DNA of 64,000 nucleotides from Gnetum montanum (lineage: Eukaryota > Plantae > Gnetophyta), in NCBI GenBank assembly GCA_015680685.1, contig MNCI01000141.1, positions 1 to 64,000 on the forward strand, written 5' to 3'. The notes beneath the pieces are model-generated. The model ran no database searches. It was not told the DNA's origin and worked only from the letters and a program-made list of their open reading frames with translations. Numbering within the stretch: the stretch's first letter is position 1; each line of letters begins with the position of its first letter. Below, piece by piece: positions 26,432 to 39,448 of the stretch. The position numbers and the translations under genes are program-made.

Positions 26432-29297
26432 ATGGCACCAAAAGGAAAGCACACACAAGAAGTAAGACTATCTAAAACAAGGGAGAAATGGCCTAGAATG
26501 GGAAGGGGCCAAGAATAACCCCAAGAAGAACCACTTGCAACCCATGCCATAGGTCCTCTTAGGGAGGAGGTAGAAGTGGAATCTATCAGACAAATTCCAA
26601 AACCAACAGCAATAACAATAGAACACTCCCATTAGGATGTTGCACCTACATAACCAGCAAACCTTGAGATGACATTAATAGAGGCTTACCTAAATCAAAT
26701 AAAATCAAGGGAGGTCCAAGAATCAGTGCTCTAGGAGTTAAACTTTGGCCCTTTCCTAGAGCACATACCAAGAGAAGTACAAGACAAGCCAAAGGCCTCT
26801 CCCATGTGGCCAATCATCACTTCCACTAGAAAGTGGTACATGGGAGAGACATTTTTATTCTAAAATAATAGGTAGCCTAGAGTGACGGTAAAGATCAAAG
26901 ACATCTCAATGTCCTACTCTGCATAGGCCATTATTGTAATGCTTGGGTTGCCTGAAAAAGAGGCAAACCTTAGTGAAATCCGAATGCAAGCAGATCCAAG
27001 CATCAAGAAAGAATGGGTGCAATGGTGCTATGGTGTCGACCATAAGGAGTTTGACATGCTCACACCAATAGAGAGGATTCATTATAAGATTGTGACCTTC
27101 CACCTTAATCCCATGATGAGGCGAAGCAAAATCACTACCTTCTCTACTCGAGCATGCGCTTCTTTGAGTAGGAGATTTCCAGTTAACCTTCCATTGCTGA
27201 TCTATCTAGAGATGGAGAAGTAGTTTAAATAAAATGAATGTGCAAGAAAGGCACTCCCCTTTCCATGTCTCATTCGAAAACTCTATCAAAGGAAAGGTAT
27301 AGTTCATTACACCAAGGATACTATCAAAACTATTCTAGCTACCAAATGGATGAAAATAATGAAGGATAAGATACTTGCCACAATAATCCACGAAGAGGAG
27401 TAGCGACCACCACCACCTACCACTTAGGTAATAGTGGCAAGCATTGCTACAACTGCCCAATAATTGCAAGAGTATAGAGAATGGCTTTTGAGTGAACAGG
27501 AGCAAAGAGCAGGCATGAGTGATAAGGATCCATCCATATATAGACCAACCATGAGTCATCTCAATGAGGTGGCCTAAATGATCAATTTGATGGATGAGGG
27601 TGGATCGATTTTCTTGGCCCAAAGAATGTACCTTTCTGCAAGGTCGAATCCAAGCACTAAAGAGGTTACAATATTTCTCATAGATTAACAACCACTCTTA
27701 GAAATTTTTATGAATGTTACAAATTTCTCAATGTTATTGGAGGAGGGTGAAGGGGCAACTGTATTGGTGATGCAGTACCAAGGATAGGAGACAATAGAAA
27801 AAGTGGTCATTGATTGGATTACCAAAACACTCAGTGCACCTACAGCATTTGTACTAGACATTACTACACTCAAGGATGTGTCGACATCTGCAAGGACCAT
27901 AAGTGATAGAATAAATGCAACATAGCATGAACAACTGCTAGACCAACTAGTAGGAACTAGGTAACTACTTTCAAATGTCTTTAACCTTCTAGATAACATC
28001 ATTGTGATCCAATCAGATCTATTGGAGGCAAGAGGCAAAATTATCATATTGGAGGGGTGACTTAAAACAACCAGGGAGTGTAATGAATGCTTGGTTGTGG
28101 AATTTGTCGAACTATGAGCCCATATTGCCAATCCCACATTACTCAACCTAGCACTAATAAGAGATGAATTTATGCAACAAATTTAGACCAAGCTCAAAGA
28201 GGTTAAGGGTCTAATGAAGATGGTGGTGTTCTATCAATCCATAGTAGAGGCCACATAGCACAAGATTTAAAAGGCCTTGTATTAGACCCTCTAGGAGAAT
28301 GTCGAATTGACCACAGAGAACCATCGCCTAAAAAATGTTAATGCACACAAGAAATAGTTAACCGATTTCATCCATCAATAGTAGGAGCAACTGGCCAAAG
28401 CAAACACTGAATTGAGGAGATTGGAAGTAAAGAACAAGAATCTCTCCATGAAGGAAGTTCACATCCTTTGCTAGAAAATTACAATTGAAGTAGCCACCTA
28501 GAAATTGGAGGCTCTCAAATTTGAGAGAATCAAGGATCATTATAGAGAGTAGGTTTCTCTACAAAAGGAAGTAAATGAAAAGCACATCCAATTCATGAAG
28601 GAAAAAGAAAATGAAACACTCTAGTAACTCTAACAAGGTAAAGAATTTTGGTAACCCATCATTGATAGGATAGATGCCTACAACAAGGTGAAAATATGCA
28701 TGAAGGAGATTGTATATTGAGGAGATGATAGAGTACATGGAACTTGCCAATCTTCATTATGCAAATCTGGCCATGTTGACTGTCGGACAACCATGGTCTT
28801 AGTTAGAGAAGCAGGTGGCTAGCTCTTACTTACTATACGAGGCTGAGTTCAAGCACCATAAGGACACCAAGGAAAAGCTTATGGTAGCTAATGCTAAACT
28901 TGAAGTTCTCAAGGCATGATTGACATATCAATGATCAACTATCAAGAACCTGGCCAAAAGGATGAACAACTACCAGGAGTTGTACAATGCAATAAAGGCA
29001 TTCAACATTGAACACAAATAGTTCATTGCCTGGTTTGTCAATGTAAGAGAGATGTTTTTGCTCATGCCTTATTTGTGGGATGTTCCCATTCCAACCCACA
29101 TTGGTGATGCTATGTGGACTATGAATGATCCTTGGAGTAAGGAGGAGAAGATGAAGAAATTACTTGATGCCTTTCACATTCCACTGAAGGTTGAAGCTAC
29201 GGTAGGATAGCCACAACCACCTTAGGCACTACATCTGCCTAGAGCTAAAGAAGGTCCTTCAAAGCCTCAGGAGCCACCACCATTTGGGATCGTCTAA
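26432..29297 (+). pseudogene. Decayed env-like 3' ORF of element B (plant transposon protein, Transposase_32-like, plus long coiled coil)
   Basis: VNLPLLIYLEM...ALPFPCLIRKLYQRKGI at ~27180-27300 resembles the LPFPxLI motif of Athila 3' ORFs. E/K/Q/L-rich heptads downstream. Many stops. Confidence 0.7.
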
Positions 29298-32200
29298 TTT
29301 TCACCACTGTCTTCACATCATCAGAGGATGTGTTGTCTAATTTTTTTTGTGTAGTCATGTCAATGGTGGTCATTTTTGTATCATAAACACCACAACTTTT
29401 GTAATTTGTTGATTCATACACTCAGGCATTTATTTTTATCAATGTTAATTTGTTTTTTTTGTTAAGAGTTAGTCAATAATCCCATACCTTTCCAAATTTT
29501 GTAAAAGAACACAAGGATGAGTTTTCATTTAGTTGTTGGGGTATGATAAGCATCAATAAGTTGCGTCAATGTAGCATTTGCTATGTTGACAAGGGCCCAT
29601 CAACATATACCTAGAGAAAAAACTATAAATACGAGCTCCTAGCCATGTTTATGAGCATCAAATTCATTGTAGTAGAAATCTTGTAGTTTGTCTATTTTAA
29701 AGTTAGAATATTTTTCTTGAATATCTACAGCAGGAGTCATTGAGTGTACAGATATTTATTCGAGCACTATTGTACCTGAACCATACTAGTGTGTACAATA
29801 ATAAAGAAAAGCTTCTTCATAAACCTTGTAGCATTCTGGATATTTTAAATGCTTTATTTATGCATTTATTATCTTTATTAAATATTTAATCATCTAAGAT
29901 AAATTAGACGTTAATCAATTAATCTAAATAGATTAAGTACATGAGTACGATTGCTTTGAGTGTAAACATGTATTCGCTTGGGTATCCCAACAACATTTTT
30001 TCTTGGTACACTCAATAGCATAATGCTTAGTAACCTAATATTGGATACATGAGTTCACGACGTGTATGGAAAGTGAGACTATATGCTTATGTTAGGACTA
30101 GTTAGAGACTAGTTGGCTAGTTAAATTAAATTAGTCATTAAATTACTCTATCTCTCTCTCTTAAGCACCAAAGCCATAAAACAAAAAATGATAAAAATTA
30201 TATGCCTTGATTATGCTAAACCATGCCATTATGCTTCACAAGTATAATCAAGAAAACAATAAACAACCTTAGGTCAAGGTTCACTTCCTAGAAGACTAGT
30301 GTATTGGAAACTATAAAGTCCATGAAATTCAACTGAATTGTGCATGAATGCTTCGTGATTCAAATGATTGAGTTTAGGGGTACTAATAAATCATGTTTTT
30401 TAATGCTTTCATATTGGGGTGGTCACGATATTGGGTACATGATATCGGGTATGCAATATCGTGGCCCAAGATGTAATATCGTACATTCGATATTGCAAGG
30501 TTACTCCTGTGTCTATAAATACATTGCCTAGGCGCACAATTGGGAGTAAGTTTTTGGTAGTCAAGTAGTGAAACTCTTGTAATTTGTCCATTTGAAAGTT
30601 AGAATATTTTCTAAGTGCCTACAACAGGAGGTTTAAGTGTGAACAAATCTTTATTTAAGCATTGATATACCTAAGTACACCATTGTGTTGACAATAAAGA
30701 TGAACTCTTTGATTCATTCCTTGCAGCACTTGAGACTTTCTTTCTTATGCATTCATATTTTCTGTAATTTACATTTTATGCAATTTATGTAAATATTATT
30801 TATGTATTAATTAATTTTCATCAATTAAGAAAATTATTAAAATACACAAGCACAACCCCTTCGAGCATACATGTGACGCTTGGTAGCTCAGAAATGATTA
30901 GCGTTTGATAGCTTAGCAGTGTTTGCACAAAGTTTAGGATGTGTTCAAGAAGTGAGAATAGTTACTTGTGTTAGGCTAGACTAGACTATAGTTTACTTAG
31001 CAATTAATCACTCTTACTTTTATTCTTGTTCTAGGTGAGTAATTTGATAAAAACATAAAATAATAAAAAAAGCTTACGCCTCAATCATACTTAACCATAC
31101 AATTGTACTCTACAAGTGGGACTGGGAAGATAATGAATGAGCAACACACATGCACTGTTTAGCTCTAGTGTACTTAGTAATTATAGTTTGAAAAATTTGA
31201 CTGGATCATATGTGAATGCTTGTGATTTGTATGGTTGGGCATAGGGGTACCTTGCCACTCATCATTGGTGTCATTGCTAGGGATTGTAGTTCTTCATGCG
31301 CTATCTAAACCTAGTGAAACTTAGTAGCCTTATTGTTCAAACCATAAGAGTCAAATCCTATGAAAAATATTATTATTATCATTAAATTAAACCTTAATTA
31401 CACACTGTTTACATGTTTATTAACACAAAATATCTTCTTCTCATAGGAGCCCATCTCCACCCAAGGCAATTCAAGTACCTTAACAATATCGGGTGGTATA
31501 TGCTCATCCCAATGAGTATGTACTATACTTTACCTTCATCTTACATTAATATGAACTAATGTAGTGGTGCGATATGGAAAGAAACATTGTATTGCCACTT
31601 GACCAATCTATTCTAGTAATGCTTCAACTAATGCTTCCACAACATGAGCTTCAACATCTCCATGGAAAATATGAGATGCAAGATCCCAACTCAAGGGATT
31701 ATCATACCACTAAAGCACAAAGATTAAGGGATTGATAGCTGGAGCACTACCACAAGCTTGTGAAGGGAAAGGGGTTAAATATCTTTCCATCTCTACTTGG
31801 TCCAATTAATGAAGGAAACCACTTCTTTATTGATTCTCCTCTCTTTGACTTTGTTGAAGAAGCCTTCAACTAGAATGTACAATCCACAATCCATAATCTA
31901 GGTTCTGGTCAAAATGGATCCAATGAAAAAAATGGATCTATTGAAGCAAGTCAAGAAAAGGAGGATAAAGGAGATCATGATCACGATCATGGTCATGAGC
32001 ATCAAAGAAAGGGTGATAGGCATCAACACGAAGCAAGTTCCCCTTCTTCTTACCCTTCATCATTGTCATCTTCTTCTTCATCTAGTTCAGATCATAATCG
32101 CAAAAGAAATAACTATGATGGAGGTGACCAACAAGACTAGAACAATAAGAGGGATCAGTAGGATAATCATGACTAAAGACGTGGGCAATCCAGAGACGTC

Positions 32201-35200
32201 CATCATCAACAAAGAAGGGCTAGTAGAGAACATCGTTGGAACCACCATCATGGCCTTGATGAACCTCTACTTGCTACCTGGGGCATTTTGAATATTGTAA
32301 AGGCTATGAGGATTCCAATAAGGAATGTGAAGGATAGTGGAATAAAGAGGCTAGATATGGACAACATCCCTTGGTTCGAGGGAGGATATGATGTTGATCC
32401 ATAGAATCATCTCCAGCCCTTCCAAGATGCATGTGGCTTGCAAAATATTGAGAATGAATGACAAAAGCTAAAATTATTTCCAAGGACACTCATAAAGGAA
32501 GCCAAAAATTGGTATCGATCCTTAGAACTAGAATCAATCAAGCAATGGAGTATGATGTTGGAATTATTCAATGATAAATATTAAATGTACTCCCAAGTAT
32601 CCAATCTAAGAAAACAAATTCAAGGGTGGAAATAAGGGAATCATGAGCCCTTGGATACTGCTATTGGCCGATACTACTCTCTATTGCATAGATGTCTTGG
32701 CCATGGATACTCTCAGGTTCATCAACTTTGCCATATCATAGACAAGTTATGGTCTGAAACTAGGAAAACACTTGGTGTCTATGACCAAGGGAGATTGAAA
32801 GAATTAAGCACTTGTTAGATTTAAAAATTAATTAAGTAGGTAGCTAAGGAGGATGGAGAAGTGAGAAAATGTGAAAGTACAAAAGAATACAATAGGGATC
32901 CTTTTATTCAAAAAAAGGGGGTTCGATTTTGTGACAGTGAGGATGAATTTTTTAGAGATGAGGTGGCTAATCAGAAAACCTTACCATTACAGAAACTGCA
33001 ATAAAAATTACAGCTAATTTTGATTAATTATGGGACTCCATGGACAATAAGTTTCAAGCTATCTTAAAAATTTCTAAAGAGTCCAAGGAGCAAAGTGGTG
33101 AGCATGAGTGCCAAAGGCATAAGAAGGCTGAATGTGCCATATCTAAGGGTAAAGGAAAAATGGCTATGATAGAGATGGTTGTGGATAGCAACTCAAATGA
33201 TGACGATGGGTGTGATGTTTGCCAATATGAACATCCTAAGGGACGTTGTCTAGTTGTATCACACTTGTAGAAATCTATTGTGTATGCCTTACATCCACGA
33301 CTTGCACAAAGGAAAATGCCCAAAATATTACCTTATCCACAAGGTAATCCTTGACAGTTCCACCAACCACAGCAATACTATCCAAGTGGAACTCCTCAAC
33401 AATCCTATGAATTGTACCAATAGTGACAACAACCACAATCATAGGCATTACCACCTCCAAGACAACCATACCCTTCTTGGCAACCAGATCCCTATGGTTA
33501 CTATTTTCAGCAACCTTCATCTCCAAGGAACTCCTTTGGTGATGTTGCTAGTTACCAACCTCACCACTACCCTCCTAAAGCATACCAATCACCTTATCCA
33601 AGGAGGGATACCACCTACTACCCTTAGGCATCTCCTATTCCTACACCTACTCCTCCACCTCCTTCATAGCTACCACCTACTCCATCCATGCACGGTGAAT
33701 TACTTGCACAACCATAACAATGGAACACTATGAGGGTAGTTAATCTGCAATCGGTTAACCCATCAAGCAGGTCAAAACTACAAAGAGAGAAAAGACCCTT
33801 CTTCCAACCTCATAGTCCACCAAAGCCCTCAAACACATTGATGGTTGGTAACCTTGCTCCTCCAACTTCCTTTGTTACCTCTCTATTCAAGTCCCTTTCA
33901 AACCAAAATCCTTCTCAAATCTATACTGTAACATTGACACATGTTGTATCTAATTCGATTCGAGCTGGTAACCTATCCAAAAAATTAGCTGATCCCGAGA
34001 GTCCCCTAGTTTACTTGCAAATTGCTAGGAATGAGCCTTGTAAAGATTTTCTTAACTCTAGTTCTAGTGTTAATTTGATCTCACATGAGATGGACACAAT
34101 GCTGAACCTTCCTCCCTTGAAGAAGAGCAACATCCAGCTAGAACTAGCAAACTAGTCCATCACTAATCCATTGGGATTGGTTGAGGACATCATCACCACC
34201 ATTTCTGGGTGGTCATATCCTATCGATTTCCTAGTAGTCAAAGTAGAGAACAGCAAGGGGGGTTTCCAATTATTATGGGAAGGGTGTGGCTAAGTACTGT
34301 TGATGCCAAAATGAGCATTAGAGATCTTTCCTTAGAAATATCAAAAGAAAATGAGTTTGGGAAGATCAAGAAGAAGAGAGTTCCATGTATCACGTACAAC
34401 GATTCAGGGTGCCATTGTGTGCAAAAGTTATGGTCGATAAAGTAAACATCTATCTCTGCATGCAAGCAGTGTGCACCAAAAGCTAATATCTAGAGATGTC
34501 TGTATGCAGTAGCCACAAACTAAGAAGGCACCAGTGGTTGACAGCTAATTCTAGCAATAGTACATTATGCATGGAACCCACTGAGGGCTTAATGTACAAA
34601 TATGTTGCAAGTATGAATGAACTTGAGCAAGTTCGTCACTAGCTCCCCAAAGGAGAAAATGATGGTATCAATTAGGGTAAGCTAGTAATTCCTAACAATT
34701 TTAAACAAGAGCCCCTTGAATTGAAGACGCTACTAGCTAGAATTAAGTATGTATTTTTAAAAAATGAGAGATTGGTTATTATTAATGTCAAGCTTATTGT
34801 AGAACAAAAGAAAAGGTTGACAAAAGTTTTGGAAAAATGGTCAAAAATCTTTGCCTAGTCATATTCCGAACTTACTGGGATAGATCCAAGAATATACCAG
34901 TACCAAATATACACCAACCTCACCGTCAAGCCGAAATGATAGCTGTAGCAGCATTTGAATCCCAAGTTAAAATAGATTATCAAAGAGAAGATTGAACAGC
35001 TCCTCAAAGTGAGATTCATCTACCCTATCATAGATAGTGANAACTTGCTCAAGTTCATTCATACTTGCAACATATTTGTACATTAAGCCCTCAGTGGGTT
35101 CCATGCATAATGTACTATTGCTAGAATTAGCTGTCAACCACTGGTGCCTTCTTAGTTTGTGGCTACTGCATACAGACATCTCTAGATATTAGCTTTTGGT

Positions 35201-38173
35201 GNCAGGCAAAGACAACTTTCATAAGTCCTTGGGGGACTTTTGCTTACCATCAGATGCCATTTGGTCTATGTAATGCCCCTACCACATTTCAATGATTAAT
35301 TCTTAGCATTTTCCAATAATAGATTAGTAGTGGGATAGAAGTCTTTATGAATGTTTTTTCTACCTTTGGAGCTATGTTTGAGCAAGCCCTAGACCATCTT
35401 GATCAAGTGTTAAAAAAATGTATCGAAACAAACCTCCAGCTCAATTGGAAAAAGAGTCATCTTATGGTCCAGGAAGATATAGTATTGGGGCATCACATCT
35501 CAAAAGCAAGAATCGAGGTGAACTATGAAAAAATAAGGGTCATCTAAGGAATAACCTACCAACCTGAAATAGTCAAAGAAGTTTGGTCATTCCTTCATCA
35601 TACTGCCTGCTACCGACGATTCATCGAGAATTTTTCCAAAATTGTCAAGTTGTTGGTAGAATTAACAAAGAAGGATGCATTGTTTGTTTGGATCCCTGCA
35701 TGTGAAGTAGCATTTCAACAATTGAAGCAAAAGCTTGTTGAAACCTCCATTCTTCAAGAACCAAATTGGTCCAGACCATTTCATGTGATGATTGATGCAT
35801 CAAGTTATGCTTTGTGGGTAGTGCTTACATAGATGGATGATCAAAAATGTCCATATTACATTCACTGTGCAAGATGGAGCATTGCAGGTGCACAATTGAA
35901 CTACACCACCACAAAAAAGGAGTTGATGGTAGTGGTGTTCACCTTAAAGAAGTTTAGAAACTATGTGCTTAGCTACAACGTGTTTATGTACACATATCAT
36001 AGTACCATTAGATTTCTAATGAACAAACCAATAGTGAGCCCCCATGTCATACGGTTGCTTATGATTTTGCAGGAATTCAATCTCACAATGGTAGATCGTA
36101 AAGGTGTGAAGAATGTTATCGTGAATCACATATCATGACTAATATGGGATGACAAGGAGAAAGAGAGCCCTTTATTTGATTAGTTTCCTAACGAATCTCT
36201 CCTTGCAGGTGCTATTAATGCACAAATGCCCAATGAACCAAAATGGTATGACAACATCCTCATTTATCTGCTCAAGAAAGAACTTACACAAGGGCTGGAC
36301 ATTAGAAAGAAATAATAGTTTCTTCACTAGCTCAAGCATTTTATCGAGATTAATGAAAATATTTACAAAGTTTGTCCCGATGGCTCGGTATGTTGGTATG
36401 TCCCTAATACGAATCAACTATGTGTTCTTCAGGATGCTCACAAAAGTCCTTGTGGGGGCCATTATGTTAGGAGATGCATAGCCATAAAAATCCTTATGGA
36501 AGGGTATTATTGGCCAATAATCTTTAGGGATGCATACCAATTTGTCCACGCTTGTGATCATTTCCAGAGGGATGGTGGAATGATAGCTCAAATGGAGAGG
36601 CCACAATAATGGATATAACCTCTCGAGCCATTCAATATTTGGGGCACTAACTTTATGGGTCCCATCACACTTTTATCAAATGCAAAAGCATATATAATAG
36701 TCGTAGTTGACTATTATACCAAGTGGATAGAAGCAGCAGCTGTCACACCACTTCTACTCGGTTTGTATAAGAAAAAACATCATAAATAGGTTTGGTGTAC
36801 CTCGTGCATTAATTTCTAATAATGGAACTCATTTTACAGGTGCCACTTTCTAAAAATTGATGCAACGCTTGGGGGTTGAAGATAAACTCATAACACCATA
36901 TCACCCCTAAGCTAATGGTCAAGCTGAGGTCACTAATTAGGAGATTACAAAAATATTAATGCATACCATTAGCAAATACCATAGGGACTAAAGCACTAAA
37001 TTAAATAATTCCCTTTGGACCAACATTGCCCATCCAATCTAAGCTTCATACACTCTCTACAGCCTGTGACCTTGACCTAAATCTAAGTCTAGCACAGAAA
37101 GAACAATTGATGAACCTTAACTTGCTAGATGAAAATTGGTTAATGGCCCTGTCATCCAATGAAATGCATAAGGTATTCAACAAGAAATGCCATAACCTCA
37201 AAATAAGAAAAGTCAAGTTTCAACCAAGAGACAAGGTTCTTTATTGGAATCCTGCACATGTACCCCAATAAACCAAATTTTAAACATTATAGAAAGGACC
37301 TTACATCATAGATGAGACTTTTCCATCTGGGGCCATGATCATCTACAAACCTAATAGCCCAAATAAGAAAAAATTAGTCAACATTCAACAAATAAAAACT
37401 TTCCATGAGCCCAAGCCAACCAATGCATCAAACAGCTTGTTAGATGGAAAACCATGCTCAATCTCTTAGATCTCTCCCTTCCAACGTAGTCATGGGGGAG
37501 ATGGCCACCCATACTAACACCTTAGGCATCTCCTCAGTTTTTGACTTTTTTGTTTTCCACATTTTTAGTTTTACAACTTTTTATTTTCATATTCTTTGTT
37601 TTACATTTTTTGTTTTACATATTTGTATTTTTAAGGTTATTGGTCTTCTCTTAGTTTTTGTTTTACACCATCATTAATATATTCAGTATTTATTATCTTC
37701 TTTTATAGTTATGTTTGCTTGTGTTTGAGATGTTTCTCTACTTTTTCTACTAATAAGGTGGTAGGTACAATGGTAATACACTACTCGATGATGGTATGCT
37801 TCATTTGTAATTTGATTGTTGATGTTTGGTTTCTAACTTTGAATGTCGTTACTGACAACTGGGACATGGTTTCTTTTCATGTAATAGGTAGTGAGTCCAC
37901 ATCATCCACTCATCCACATACTTTATGGTTTTCCTTATTTTGGAAGCATGAACTCTCTTCTTCATTAATGTAAGTTTAATAAATTGGTTACTTGTGTAGT
38001 TTGTGGAATTGGGAAGGAATCAAAGGTTTGGATAGGGTGTGGCTTCAAAGTGATGTGGTATTCTTTGTGCTTTTTTATTTTCCTGTGTGCAGGAGTATTC
38101 TCATAAGCTTTTCATCATTCCACATCATTTCACAATAGGAAGTCAAATAAGTCCTTGCATGGTGTGATCCTCA

Positions 38174-38177
<4 letters not shown>

Positions 38178-38210
<33 letters not shown>
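38178..38210. repeat. (GA)n microsatellite forming the loop of a hairpin in element D
   Basis: Read directly. Confidence 0.95.
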
Positions 38211-38214
<4 letters not shown>

Positions 38215-39112
38215 GGATTCGAAGCACACCCCTTGGACAAAATAAATGCAAAAAATTCATGGGTCTTTGCATGGTGTAGTTTCTATTCAAAAAAAAACAT
38301 GGAAATTCAAAGCACATCCCTTAGACCAAATAAAAGGGCTACAAGCACTAGTTATGAGACTTTTCTTGTCTCCTCTAACTAAGGCCCTTTCTCACTTTCT
38401 ATCTTCAATCCAATTTAGTATGGTGGTGGTTTTGTGGGAGCATTCTTGTATCTTAGGGGATGGACTAGTCATAGAATGTCGATGCTAAGTCACTAAAAGT
38501 GGTTGGTTTTGATATGGACTAAGGATGGATCCTACCAAGTCATTTAATCACAAACTCCATAAGGGATTGCATGTGACCATAATTACAAACTCCATTCCAC
38601 TCTCTCTATTATCCATCTATGCTTTTCATGCCTCACTTCATTGCTAGTTTCATATTTTGATTCAATGTTCTAGTTTAATGTGACAAGTTTCTCAGTTAGT
38701 TAATTTTGGATTTTTGTACTTAACTTTTTATAACCATTAATCATTCATGGATCCCATGAACTCCTTGGTTTGAAGTTATGCAAGGGCATAAAAGGCCTAT
38801 GCTTGCTTTGGGGAGGACCCATTTGCATATCTTTTGGTTTGGTTAAGTTAAGTTCCTTACCCTTAGACATTGTTAAAATTAAATTCTTTTTATTTACCCC
38901 ATCCAAGTCATCCAATTTTATGCACCTTCACAACTATTTGTAATGAACTCCATTTTATTGTTGTGAATACCCTCTTTCCAGTGTTCCTTGTGTTAAGCTT
39001 TTTCTAAATTTTATGGATCACTCCTCTTATTTAACCCATTCATCAGTCTTTCCACTAACAACATCAAGCAACCAATCTATCACAATCACAACATGGCTAA
39101 ATAAATTCACCA

Positions 39113-39448
39113 ATGAGACAAGGTATTCAATGATTATCTGTTGCACTATATATACTAATCCTTGGTTTTGTTGTGATTGCAGTGGAAAGTGTGGACTGGA
39201 AGTAGGATTGTATTCACCAAGGAGGATGCAGCCATATCACTCGCGAGAAATTGTTTATAATTGTTGGATCTCTTCTACCTCTCCCTCATTTTTCTGTTGC
39301 CAAGAGGGGTTGGATGTCCTTTCGATCCATTGGTGTTCTTTCCTATTATCATGAACACCCAATTTTGTACACAATTGTAATATTGTATGCTCAAGCACTT
39401 TTGTATTTTTCTGTTTTCTTTGTGTCACTTTGCATGTTAGTCAAATAA
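39113..39448 (+). pseudogene. Short hydrophobic 3' ORF of element D with two internal stops
   Basis: MRQGIQ*LSVALYILILGFVVIAVESVDWK*DCIHQGGCSHITREKLFIIVGSLL... in one frame, at the position where B has its env-like ORF. Confidence 0.4.

Noticed and set aside
35041-35202. Perfect inverted copy of ~34474-34633 suggesting a long hairpin
   Set aside because: Bounded by n on both sides and replaces the expected RT segment; misplaced contig in a scaffold gap.
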